Source: the human T2T-CHM13v2.0 reference genome, Homo sapiens. Taken from it: a DNA stretch of 64,000 nucleotides. Position numbers and translations under genes: made by a program. The stretch is from assembly GCA_009914755.4 (NCBI GenBank), contig CP086569.2, forward strand, positions 12,256,001-12,320,000, in the 5' to 3' direction. Below are positions 14,501-28,280 of this stretch, in pieces; positions within the stretch are counted from its first letter, which is position 1; each line of letters opens with the position of its first letter. Under the pieces are notes generated by a model. The model saw nothing but the letters and a program-made list of their open reading frames with translations, ran no database searches and was not told the DNA's origin.

Positions 14501-17160
14501 GAATAGAATGAAATGAAAGGGCATAGAATGGAATGGAATGGAATGGAATGGAATGGAATGGTATGGAATGGAATGGAATGGTATGGAATGAAATGGATTG
14601 GAATGGGATGTTCCCAAAAGTAATGGACTCAAATAAAAGGGACTCAAATAGAATGAATTGGAAAGAAACGGTCTCGAATGTAATTTATTCGAATAGAATG
14701 ATATTGAATGGAATGCAATAATAATAAATGGTATCGAATAGAATGGAATAGAATGGAATGGAATGGAACGGAATGGAGTGCATTTGAACGGACTCCAATG
14801 CAACAAATTGCAATATAATTGATTCAAATGGAATGGAATCGAATAGAATGTAAACAAATGGAATGGAAGGCAATGCAATTGAAAGGAATCGAATGAAATG
14901 GAATAAATGGGATGGAATCGAATGGAAAGGACGCGAATATAATGGACTGTTAAGGAAAGGCCTCGAATCGAATTTATTCCAATAGAATGGAATCGAATGG
15001 AATGCAATACTATTGAATCGAATCAAATGGAATGGAATTGAATGGAATGGACAGGAATGGAATGAACTGGAAATGAATGGACAAGAACGTAATATAGTGC
15101 AATGTAATTTATTCAAATGGAATGGAATGCAATCGAATGGATTGGACTCGATTGGAATGGACTGGAGTGGAATGGACTGAAATGGAATGGAAACGAATGT
15201 AATGGAATGGAACGGAAAGCAAAGGAATCTACTGTAATAGAATCGAACGGAACAGAAAGGAATGGAATGGAATGGAGTGGAATGGACTCGAATGGAATGT
15301 ATTCGAATGTAATGGACCGGAAAGGAATGGAATCCAATGGAATGGAATTGAATGGAATCAAAAGGAATAGAAAGGAATAGAGTGTAATTGAATGATATCG
15401 AATGGAAGGGAATGGAATGAAGTCGAATGGAATGCACTGGAATGGAATGGACACGATCAGAACGGACTGGAGAGGAATGTACACAAATGGAATGGAAACG
15501 AATGGAATGGAATGAAAAGGAATGGAATGAAATGGAATTGAAAGGAACGGAATGAAATGGAATGGAATGGAATGGAATGGATTGGAATAGAATGGATTCA
15601 AATAAAATACAATCGATTGGAATGGTATTGAATGGAAGGGACTTGAATGGAATGGAAAGCAATGGAAGATATTCGAATTGAATGGCATCGAATGAAATGG
15701 AATGGAACGCAATGGAACGGACCCGAATGGAATGGAATGGACTCAAATGTAATGGACTCGAATGGAATCGACTGAAATATAATAGACTCGAATGGAATGG
15801 CCTGGAGCGGAATTTATTTGAATAGAATGGAATCAAATGGAATACAATAGTATTGAATGGAATAGAATGGAATGGAATCGAATTTAATGTAATCCAATGG
15901 AATGGAACGGAATTCAATATAATGGAGTAGAATGGAATGCATTGGAAAGCAGCAGAGCGGAATCGAGTGGAATGGAATCGAGTGGAATGGAATCAAAGGG
16001 AACGAAATCGAATTGAATGGACTTGAATGGAATTGACTCGAAAGGAATTGACTCGAAAGGAATGGACTGGAACAAAAAGGAATCAAATGGACAGGAATGG
16101 AATGGAATGGACTCGAATGGAATGGAGTCAAATGCAAACGCATCGAATGGAATGGATTCAAATGGAATGCAATTGAATGGAATAGAAAGGAAGAGAATGG
16201 AATTGAGAGTAATGGAAATATATGGATTGGAATGAAATGGAATGGAAAGGAATTGAATGGAAAGGAATGGACTCGAAAGAAATGGATTGGAATGGAATGG
16301 TCTCCAACGGAATGGACTGGAGTGGAATGGAATCGAATGGAATGAAAAGAATGGAACGGAATGGAACTGAAAGGAATAGAAAGTTATGGAATCCGATGGG
16401 ACAGAATGGAATGGAATGGACTTTCATGAAATGGAGTCGAATAGAGTGGCATCAAAAGGAATGGAATGGAATGGAGTGGACTCAAAAGGAATGGACTCAA
16501 AAGGAATGGAGTCGAACCAAATTGAATCAAATGGATTGGAGTCGAACAGAACGGAATGGAATGGAATGAACTCGACTGGAGTAGAGAGGAATATAAAGGA
16601 ATAGAATGGAATGTAATCAAATGGATTGCAAGCGAATGGAATCAAAAATAATAGAAAGGAATGGAGTGTAAAGGGATGATATTGAATAAAATGGAATGGA
16701 ATGGAATTTAATGGAATGGAGTCGAAGGAATGGACAGGAATGTAATGGACTCCAATGGAATGGAATGGATGAAAATGGATTTGAACAGATTGGTATCGAA
16801 CGGAATGGAATGCAGTGGAATGGAATGGACTCGAATGGAGAAGAGACAAATGGAATGGAAACGAATTCAATGGAATTGAAAAGAATAGAATGGAATGGCG
16901 TGTAATGGTAAGATACTAAATGGAATGGAATTGAATGGAATGTAATGGAATGAAACCAAATGTAATGCACTCAAATGGAATATACTCAAATAGAATGGAA
17001 TCGAAAGGAAAGGTCTCCAATGGAATTTATTCAATACAATGGAATCAAAAGAAATGCAATAGAAAGAAAAGGAATCGAATGTAATGGAATCAAATAGTAT
17101 GGACCAGAATGGAATGGACTGCCATAGAACGGACTGCAGTGTAATGGATTGAATTCTAAT
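11598..17160 (+). repeat. HOR unit 3, 5563 bp.
   Basis: Landmark periodicity. The translated artefact ORFs are the same as in neighbouring units. Confidence 0.88.
13941..13996 (+). repeat. Pure (GGAAT)n tract of ~11 units in unit 3 (HOR offset ~2400). Length-variable between units.
   Basis: Uninterrupted gaatggaatgg... The same offset has ~7 units at 2862-2900 and ~5 units at 47310-47340. Confidence 0.8.
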
Positions 17161-20100
17161 TCATTCAAATGGAATGGAATTGAATGGAATGGAATCCAAT
17201 GGAATGGATAGGATTGTACTGGAATGGAATAGCATGGAATGCAACGGAGTGGAATGGAGTTGAATGAAGTGGAATGGAATCGATTGGAATGGAATCAAAT
17301 GGAATGGACGGGAATGGAATGGACTGGAAGAGAACAGACTCGAATATAATGGATTGCAATGTAATTGATTCAAATGGAATGGAATCGAATGGAATGTAAT
17401 AAAATTGAAGGGATTGGAGTTCAATGCAATGGAATAGAATGGAATGCAAAGGAAAGAAAAGGCACGGAGTGAAATCGAGTGCAATGGAATCGAATGGAAT
17501 GAAATCGAATGGAATGGACTCAAAAGAAATGGACGAGGGACAAAACGGAATCGAACTGATTGGAATGGAACGGAAGGGAATGGAATGGAATGGTCTCCAT
17601 TGGATGGGAGTAGAACGGATTGGAATGGAATGGAATGAAATGGAATGGAAAGGAATTGAATGGAATGGAATGGAATGGAAGGTAATGGAAAGATATCAAA
17701 CGGATTGGAAAGGAATGGAATGGACCCTAATGGAATGGAATGGAATTCAACAGAAACGAACGGAATGGACTGGAGTGAAATGGAGTCGAATGTAATTGAG
17801 TGGAGAGGAATGGACTCGAAAGGAATGGACTCGAATAGAATGGACTGGAATGGATTGTACTCGAATGGAGTGGAAAGGAATAAAATGGATTCCACCAGAT
17901 TGGAATGGAACAGAATGTAATGGAATGGAATGGAATGCAATGGAATGGCTCGAATGCAATGGAAGAGAAAGGAAAGGAATTGAATGGTATTGAAAGTAAT
18001 AGAATTAAATGGAGTGCAAAGGAATGATATCGAATGGAATGGATCGAAAAGAAATAGAATGGAATGGACAGGAATGGAATGGAATAGAATGGAATAGACT
18101 GGCGTGCAATGCAAACGAATGGAATGGAAACGAATGGAATGGAATGGAAAGGAATGGAGTAGAATAAATACAATGGAATGGAATGGAATGGAGGCGAAAG
18201 GAAAAGAATGGATTGGAGTGTCACCGAATGGAAAGATATGGAATGGAAAGGAATGGATACGAATGGAATGGAATAGAAAGGAACGGAAAGGTAAAGAATG
18301 GAATGGAATCGGATAGAATGGAATGCAATGTAATGGAGTCGAATGGAAAATAATCGAGTAGAATGATATCGAACGGAATGGAATTTAATAGAATGGAATG
18401 GAATGGAATGGACTCGAATGGAATGTACTCAAATGGATTAGAATAGAATGGAGTGGAAATAAACGTAGTGAACTCGAATGGAATGGACACTAATAGAATG
18501 GAAGAGAAAGGAATGGTATTGAATGGAATTTATTCGAATAGAATGGAATTCAACGGAATGCAACAGTGTGGCATGGAATCAAATGGAATGGAATCGAATG
18601 GCATGGACCTGAGTGGAATGGACTCACATAGAAGAGCCTCGAATGTAATGGATTACAATGTATTAGATTCGAAAGGACTGAAATCGAATGGAATGTAATC
18701 AAATAGAACGGAACTGAATGCGTGGAATGGCATAGAAAGTAATGCAATGGAATGGAATAGACTGGAAAGGAATGGAATCGGATGGAATGTAATGAAATGT
18801 AATGGAAGGAATGCCATGCAATGGAATGGAATGCAATGCAATGGGACGGTGTATAATGGAGTGCAATGGATTTCAGTGGAATGTAGTGAAAAGGAATGAA
18901 ATAGAATGGGATTCAATATAATGGAATGGCATCCAATGGCAAGGGATGGAGCGGACTCCAATGGAAACATGAAAGGAATATAATATAATGGAATGGTATT
19001 GAACGAAATGGAATGCAATGGAGTTAAAAGGTAAAATATCGAATGGAAAAGAATTGTATGGACTCGAATGGAATATAATGAAATGGAATGGACTCGAATG
19101 GAATGTACTAGAGTTGAATGGAATCGAAAGGAATTTAAAACAATGGAAAGGAAAGGAAGGGAATTGAAAGGAACGGAATAGAATGGAACGGAATCGGATG
19201 GAACGGAATTGAATGGAATGGAAACTAAAGGAATAGAATAGAAAGGAATGCCATTGAATGGAATGGAATGGAATAAGATGGAACAGAATGGAATGGAATA
19301 GAATTGAATGGAATGGCATCAAATGGATTGGAATGGAATGTAATGGAATGGAATGGAAAGGAATGGAATGGACTCGAATGGAATGTACTGAAATGGAATA
19401 GAATAGAATGGAATGGAAGTAAATATAATGGACTCGAGTGGAATGGATTGGAATAAATTGGAATTGAATGTATTGGATTCGAATGGAAAGGAATGGAATG
19501 GAATGGAATGGAATGGAATGGAATGGAATGGAATGGAAGGGATTCGAATGGAATGGAACGAATTGGAATGTAATTGAATGTAGTCGAAAGCAGTAGAAAG
19601 AAAAGAAGTTTAATCAAATGATATCGAATGGAATTGAATGGAATGTACGCTAATGGAATGGACTGGAATGGAATGGAGTGACATGTAATGGAATCGAAAG
19701 GAATGGAATCGAATGAAATGGAATTGAATGGAATAGAAAGGAATAGAATGGAATGGAGTTTAATGGAAAGATATTAAAAGTAATGGAATGGAATTGAGTG
19801 GACACAAATGGAATGGACTGGAATGGAAAGGACTCGAATGAAATGGAGCGCATTAGAATGGACTCGAATGGAATGGATTGGAGTGGAATGGTCTCGAATG
19901 GATTGGAAACGAATGTAATGGAAAGGAATAGAATGGAATGTAATCAACTGGAAAGAAATGTAATGGAATGGGTTCAACTGGAACAGAATTGAATGGAGTG
20001 GAATTGAATGGAATGGAATGCAATCGAATGGAATGCACACGAATGGAATAGAATGAAATGAAATGGCATAGAATGGAATGGAATGGAATGGAATGGAATG

Positions 20101-22720
20101 GAATGGAATGGAATGGAATGGAATGGAATGGCATGGAATGGAATGGAATGGTATGGAATGAAATGGATTGGAATGGGATGTTCCCAAAAGTAATGGACTC
20201 AAATAAAAGGGACTCAAATAGAATGAATTGGAAAGAAACGGTCTCGAATGTAATTTATTCGAATAGAATGATATTGAATGGAATGCAATAATATGGAATG
20301 GTATCGAATAGAATGGAATAGAATGGAATGGAATGGAACGGAATGGAGTGCATTTGAACGGACTCCAATGCAACAAATTACAATATAATTGATTCAAATG
20401 GAATGGAATCGAATAGAATGTAAACAAATGGAATGGAAGGCAATGCAATGGAAAGGAATCGAATGAAATGGAATAAATGGGATGGAATCGAATGGAAAGG
20501 ACGCGAATATGATGGACTGTTAAGGAAAGGCCTCGAATCGAATTTATTCCAATAGAATGGAATCGAATGGAATGCAATACTATTGAATCGAATCAAATGC
20601 AATGGAATTGAATGGAATGGACAGGAATGGAATGAACTGGAAGTGAATGGACAAGAACGTAATATAGTGCAATGTAATTTATTCAAATGGAATGGAATGC
20701 AATCGAATGGAATGGACTCGATTGGAATGGACTGGAGTGGAATGGACTGAAATGGAATGGAAACGAATGTAATGGAATGGAACGGAAAGCAAAGGAATCT
20801 ACTGTAATAGAATCGAACGGAACAGAAAGGAATGGAATGGAATGGAGTGGAATGGACTGGAATGGAATGTATTCGAATGTAATGGACCGGAAAGGAATGG
20901 AATCCAATGGAATGGAATTGAATGGAATCAAAAGGAATAGAAAGGAATAGAGTGTAATTGAATGATATCGAATGGAAGGGAATGGAATGAAGTCGAATGG
21001 AATGCACTGGAATTGAATAGACACGATCAGAATGGGCTGGAGAGGAATGTACACAAATGGAATGGAAACGAATGGAATGGAATGAAAACGAATGGAATGA
21101 AATGGAATTGAAAGGAACGGAATGAAATGGAATGGAATGGAATGGAATGGATTGGAATAGAATGGATTCAAATAAAATAGAATCGATTGGAATGGTATTG
21201 AATGGAAGGGACCTGAATGGAATGGAAAGCAATGGAAGATATTCGAATTGAATGGCATCGAATGAAATGGAATGGAACGCAATGGAACGGACCCGAATGG
21301 AATGGAATGGACTCAAATGTAATGGACTCGAATGGAATCGACTGAAATATAATAGACTCGAATGGAATGGCCTTGAGCGGAATTTATTTGAATAGAATGG
21401 AATCAAATGGAATACAATAGTATTGAATGGAATAGAATGGAATGGAATCGAATGGAATGTAATCCAATGGAATGGAACGGAATTCAATATAATGGAGTAG
21501 AATGGAATGCATTGGAAAGCAGCAGAGTGGAATCGAGTGGAATGGAATCGAGTGGAATGGAATCAAAGGGAACGAAATCGAATTGAATGGAGTTGAATGG
21601 AATTGACTCGAAAGGAATTGACTCGAAAGGAATGGACTGGAACAAAAAGGAATCAAATGGACAGGAATGGAATGGAATGGACTCGAATGGAATGGAGTCA
21701 AATGCAAACGCATCGAATGGAATGGATTCAAATGGAATGCAATTGAATGGAATAGAAAGGAAGAGAATGGAATTGAGAGTAATGGAAAGATATGGATTGG
21801 AATGAAATGGAATGGAAAGGAATTGAATGGAAAGGAATGGACTCGAAAGAAATGGATTGGAAAGGAATGGTCTCCAATGGAATGGACTGGAGTGGAATGG
21901 AATCGAATGGAATGAAAAGAATGGAACGGAATGGAACGGAAAGGAACAGAAAGTTATGGAATCCGATGGGACAGAATGGAATGGAATGGACTTTCATGAA
22001 ATGGAGTCGAATAGAGTGGCATCAAAAGGAATGGAATGGAATGGAGTGGACTCAAAAGGAATGGACTCAAAAGGAATGGAGTCGAACCAAATTGAATCAA
22101 ATGGATTGGAGTCGAACAGAACGGAATGGAATGGAATGAACTCGACTGGAGTAGAGAGGAATGTAAAGGAATAGAATGGAATGTAATCAAATGGATTGCA
22201 AGCGAATGGAATCAAAAATAATAGAAAGGAATGGAGTGTAAAGGGATGATATTGAATAAAATGGAATGGAATGGAATTTAATGGAATGGAGTCGAAGGAA
22301 TGGACAGGAATGTAATGGACTCCAATGGAATGGAATGGATGAAAATGGATTTGAACAGATTGGTATCGAACGGAATGGAATGCAGTGGAATGGAATGGAC
22401 TCGAATGGAGAAGAGACAAATGGAATGGAAACGAATTCAATGGAATTGAAAAGAATAGAATGGAATGGCGTGTAATGGTAAGATACTAAATGGAATGGAA
22501 TTGAATGGAATGTAATGGAATGGAACCAAATGTAATGCACTCAAATGGAATATACTCAAATAGAATGGAATCGAAAGGAAAGGTCTCCAATGGAATTTAT
22601 TCAATACAATGGAATCAAAAGAAATGCAATAGAAAGAAAAGGAATCGAATGTAATGGAATCAAATAGTATGGACCAGAATGGAATGGAGTGCCATAGAAG
22701 GGACTGCCGTGTAATGGATT
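17161..22720 (+). repeat. HOR unit 4, 5560 bp. Carries a private haplotype that it shares with unit 7.
   Basis: Landmark periodicity. The variants gtagtgaaaagg, gaatgggattcaatataatgg, gtcgaaagcagtag and taatcaaatgatatcgaatgg are shared with unit 7. Confidence 0.88.
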
Positions 22721-25700
22721 GAATTCTAATTCATTCAAATGGAATGGAATTGAATGGAATGGAATCCAATGGAATGGATAGGATTGTACTGGAATGGAAT
22801 AGCATGGAATGCAACGGAGTGGAATGGAATTGAATGAAGTGGAATGGAATCGATTGGAATGGAATCAAATGGAATGGACGGGAATGGAATGGACTGGAAA
22901 AGAACAGACTCGAATATTATGGATTGCAATGTAATTGATTCAAATGGAATGGAATCGAATGGAATGTAATAAAATTGAAGGGATTGGAGTTCAATGCAAT
23001 GGAATAGAATGGAATGCAAAGGAAAGAAAAGGCACGGAGTGAAATCGAGTGCAAGGGAATCGAATGGAATGAAATGGAATGGAATGGACTCAAAAGAAAT
23101 GGACGAGGGACAAAACGGAATCGAACTGATTGGAATGGAACGGAAGGGAATGGAATGGAATGGTCTCCATTGGATCGGAGTAGAACGGATTGGAATGGAA
23201 TGGAATGAAATGGAATGGAAAGGAATAGAATGGAATGGAATGGAATGGAAGGTAATGGAAAGATATCAAACGGATTGGAAAGGAATGGACCCTAATGGAA
23301 TGGAATGGAATTCAACAGAAACGAATGGAATGGACTGGAGTGAAATGGAGTCGAATGTAATTGAGTGGAGAGGAATGGACTCGAAAGCAATGGACTCGAA
23401 TAGAATGGACTGGAATGGATTGTACTCGAATGGAGTGGAAAGGAATAAAATGGATTCCACCAGATTGGAATGGAACAGAATGTAATGGAATGGAATGGAA
23501 TGCAATGGAATGGCTCGAATGCAATGGAAGAGAAAGGAAAGGAATTGAATGTTATTGAAAGTAATAGAATTAAATGGAGTGCAAAGGAATGATATCGAAT
23601 GGAATGGATCGAAAAGAAATAGAATGGAATGGACAGGAATGGAATGGAATAGAATGGAATAGACTGGCGTGCAATGCAAACGAATGGAATGGAAACGAAT
23701 GGAATGGAATGGAAAGGAATGGAGTAGAATAAATACAATGGAATGGAATGGAATGGAGGCGAAAGGAAAAGAATGGATTGGAGTGTCACCGAATGGAAAG
23801 ATATGGAATGGAAAGGAATGGATACGAATGGAATGGAATAGAAAGGAACGTAAAGGTAAAGAATGGAATGGAATCGGATAGAATGGAATGCAATGTAATG
23901 GAGTCGAATGGAAAATAATCGAGTAGAATGATATCGAACGGAATGGAATTTAATAGAATGGAATGGAATGGAATGGACTCGAATGGAATGTACTCAAATG
24001 GATTAGAATAGAATGGAGTGGAAATAAACGTAGTGAACTCGAATGGAATGGACACTAATAGAATGGAAGAGAAAGGAATGGTATTGAATGGAATTTATTC
24101 GAATAGAATGGAATTCAACGGAATGCAACAGTGTGGCATGGAATCAAATGGAATGGAATCGAATGGCATGGACCCGAGTGGAATGGACTCACATAGAAGA
24201 GCCTCGAATGTAATGGATTACAATGTATTAGATTCGAAAGGACTGAAATCGAATGGAATGTAATCAAATAGAACGGAACTGAATGCGTGGAATGGCATAG
24301 AAAGTAATGCAATGGAATGGAATAGACTGGAAAGGAATGGAATCGGATGGAATGTAATGAAATGTAATGGAAGGAATGCCATGCAATGGAATGGAATGCA
24401 ATGCAATGGGACGGTGTATAATGGAGTGCAATGGATTTCAGTGGAATGTAGTCAAAAGGAATGAAATAGAATGGAATTCAATATAATGGAATGGCATCCA
24501 ATGGCAAGGGATGGAGCGGACTCCAATGGAAACATGAAAGGAATATAATATAATGGAATGGCATTGAACGAAATGGAATGCAATGGAGTTAAAAGGTAAA
24601 ATATCGAATGGAAAAGAATTGTATGGACTCGAATGGAATATAATGAAATGGAATGGACTCGAATGGAATGTACTAGAGTTGAATGGAATCGAAAGGAATT
24701 TAAAACAATGGAAAGGAAAGGAAGGGAATTGAAAGGAATGGAATAGAATGGAACGGAAACGGATGGAACGGAATTGAATGGAATGGAAACTAAAGGAATA
24801 GAGTAGAAAGGAATGCCATTGAATGGAATGGAATGGAATAAGATGGAATAGAATGGAATGGAATAGAATTGAATGGAAAGGCATCGAATGGATTGGAATG
24901 GAATGTAATGGAATGGAATGGAAAGGAATGGAATGGACTCGAAAGCAATGTACTGAAATGGAATAGAATAGAATGGAATGGAAGTAAATATAATGGACTC
25001 GAGTGGAATGAATTGGAATAAATTGGAATTGAATGTATTGGATTCGAATGGAAAGGAATGGAATGGAATGGAATGGAATGGAATGGAATGGAATGGAATG
25101 GAATGGAATGGATTCGAATGGAATGGAACGAATTGGAATGTAATTGAATGGAGTCGAAAACAGTAGAAAGAAAAGAAGTTTAATCGAATGATATAGAATG
25201 GAATTGAATGGAATGTACGCGAATGGAATGGACTGGAATGGAATGGAGTGACATGTAATGGAATCGAAAGGAATGGAATCGAATGAAATGGAATTGAATG
25301 GAATAGAAAGGAATAGAATGGAATGGAGTTTAATGGAAAGATATTAAAAGTAATGGAATGGAATTGAGTGGACACAAATGGAATGGACTGGAATGGAAAG
25401 GACTCGAATGAAATGGAGCGCATTAGAATGGACTCGAATGGAATGGACTGGAGTGGAATGGTCTCGAATGGATTGGAAACGAATGTAATGGAAAGGAATA
25501 TAATGGAATGTAATCAACTAGAAAGAAATGTAATGGAATGGGTTCAACTGGAACAGAATTGAATGGAGTGGAATTGAATGGAATGGAATACAATCGAATG
25601 GAATGCACACGAATGGAATAGAATGAAATGAAATGGCATAGAATGGAATGGAATGGAATGGAATGGAATGGAATGGAATGGAATGGAATGGCATGGAATG

Positions 25701-28280
25701 GAATGGAATGGTATGGAATGAAATGGATTGGAATGGGATGTTCCCAAAAGTAATGGACTCAAATAAAAGGGACTCAAATAGAATGAATTGGAAAGAAACG
25801 GTCTCGAATGTAATTTATTCGAATAGAATGATATTGAATGGAATGCAATAATATGGAATGGTATCGAATAGAATGGAATAGAATGGAAAGGAATGGAACG
25901 GTATGGAGTGCATTTGAACGGACTCCAATGCAATAAATTGCAATATAATTGATTCAAATGGAATGGAATCGAATAGAATGTAAACAAATGGAATGGAAGG
26001 CAATGCAATGGAAAGGAATCGAATGAAATGGAATAAATGGGATGGAATCAAATGGAAAGGACGCGAATATAATGGAATTTTAAGGAAAGGCCTCGAATCG
26101 AATTTATTCCAATAGAATGGAATCGAATGGAATGCAATACTATTGAATCGAATCAAATGGAATGGAATTGAATGGAATGGACAGGAATGGAATGAACTGG
26201 AAGTGAATGGACAAGAACGTAATATAGTGCAATGTAATTTATTCAAATGGAATGGAATGCAATCGAATGGAATGGACTCGATTGGAATGGACTGGAGTGG
26301 AATGGACTGAAATGGAATGGAAACGAATGTAATGGAATGGAACGGAAAGCAAAGGAATCTACTGTAATAGAATCAAACGGAACAGAAAGGAATGGAATGG
26401 AATGGAGTGGAATGGACTCGAATGGAATGTATTCGAATGTAATGGACCGGAAAGGAATGGAATCCAATGGAATGGAATTGAATGGAATCAAAAGGAATAG
26501 AAAGGAATAGAGTGTAATTGAATGATATCGAATGGAAGGGAATGGAATGAAGTCGAATGGAATGCACTGGAATGGAATGGACACGATCAGAACGGACTGG
26601 AGAGGAATGTACACAAATGGAATGGAAACGAATGGAATGGAATGAAAAGGAATGGAATGAATTGGAATTGAAAGGAACGGAATGAAATGGAATGGAATGG
26701 AATGGAATGGATTGGAATAGAATGGATTCAAATAAAATAGAATCGATTGGAATGGTATTGAATGGAAGGGACTTGAATGGAATGGAAAGCAATGGAAGAT
26801 ATTCGAATTGAATGGCATCGAATGAAATTGAATGGAACGCAATGGAACGGACCCGAATGGAATGGAATGGACTCAAATGTAATGGACTCGAATGGAATCG
26901 ACTGAAATATAATAGACTCGAATGGAATGGCCTTGAGCGGAATTTATTTGAATAGAATGGAATCAAATGGAATACAATAGTATTGAATGGAATAGAATGG
27001 AATGGGATCGAATGGAATGTAATCCAATGGAATGGAACGGAATTCAATATAATGGAGTAGAATGGAATGCATTGAAAAGCAGCAGAGTGGAATCGAGTGG
27101 AATGGAATCGAGTGGAATGGAATCAAAGGGAACGAAATCGAATTGAATGGACTTGAATGGAATTGACTCGAAAGGAATTGACTCGAAAGGAATGGACTGG
27201 AACAAAAAGGAATCAAATGGACAGGAATGGAATGGAATGGACTCGAATGGAATGGAGTCAAATGCAAACGCATCGAATGGAATGGATTCAAATGGAATGC
27301 AATTGAATGGAATAGAAAGGAAGAGAATGGAATTGAGAGTAATGGAAAGATATGGATTGGAATGTAATGGAATGGAAAGGAATTGAATGGAAAGGAATGG
27401 ACTCGAAAGAAATGGATTGGAATGGAATGGTCTCCAATGGAATGGACTGGAGTGGAATGGAATCGAATGGAATGAAAAGAATGGAACGGAATGGAACGGA
27501 AAGGAATAGAAAGTTATGGAATCCGATGGGACAGAATGGAATGGAATGGACTTTCATGAAATGGAGTCGAATAGAGTGGCATCAAAAGGAATGGAATGGA
27601 ATGGAGTGGACTCAAAAGGAATGGACTCAAAAGGAATGGAGTCGAACCAAATTGAATCAAATGGATTGGAGTCGAACAGAACGGAATGGAATGGAATGAA
27701 CTCGACTGGAGTAGAGAGGAATGTAAAGGAATAGAATGGAATGTAATCAAATGGATTGCAAGCGAATGGAATCAAAAATAATAGAAAGGAATGGAGTGTA
27801 AAGGGATGATATTGAATAAAATGGAATGGAATGGAATTTAATGGAATGGAGTCGAAGGAATGGACAGGAATGTAATGGACTCCAATGGAATGGAATGGAT
27901 GAAAATGGATTTGAACAGATTGGTATCGAACGGAATGGAATGCAGTGGAATGGAATGGACTCGAATGGAGAAGAGACAAATGGAATGGAAACGAATTCAA
28001 TGGAATTGAAAAGAATAGAATGGAATGGCGTGTAATGGTAAGATACTAAATGGAATGGAATTGAATGGAATGTAATGGAATGGAACCAAATGTAATGCAC
28101 TCAAATGGAATATACTCAAATAGAATGGAATCGAAAGGAAAGGTCTCCAATGGAATTTATTCAATACAATGGAATCAAAAGAAATGCAATAGAAAGAAAA
28201 GGAATCGAATGTAATGGAATCAAATAGTACGGACCAGAATGGAATGGAGTGCCATAGAAGGGACTGCAGTGTAATGGATT
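22721..28280 (+). repeat. HOR unit 5, 5560 bp.
   Basis: Landmark periodicity. There is a small 5-bp deletion near 23280 (ggaaaggaatggaccctaatgg versus ggaaaggaatggaatggaccctaatgg). Confidence 0.88.
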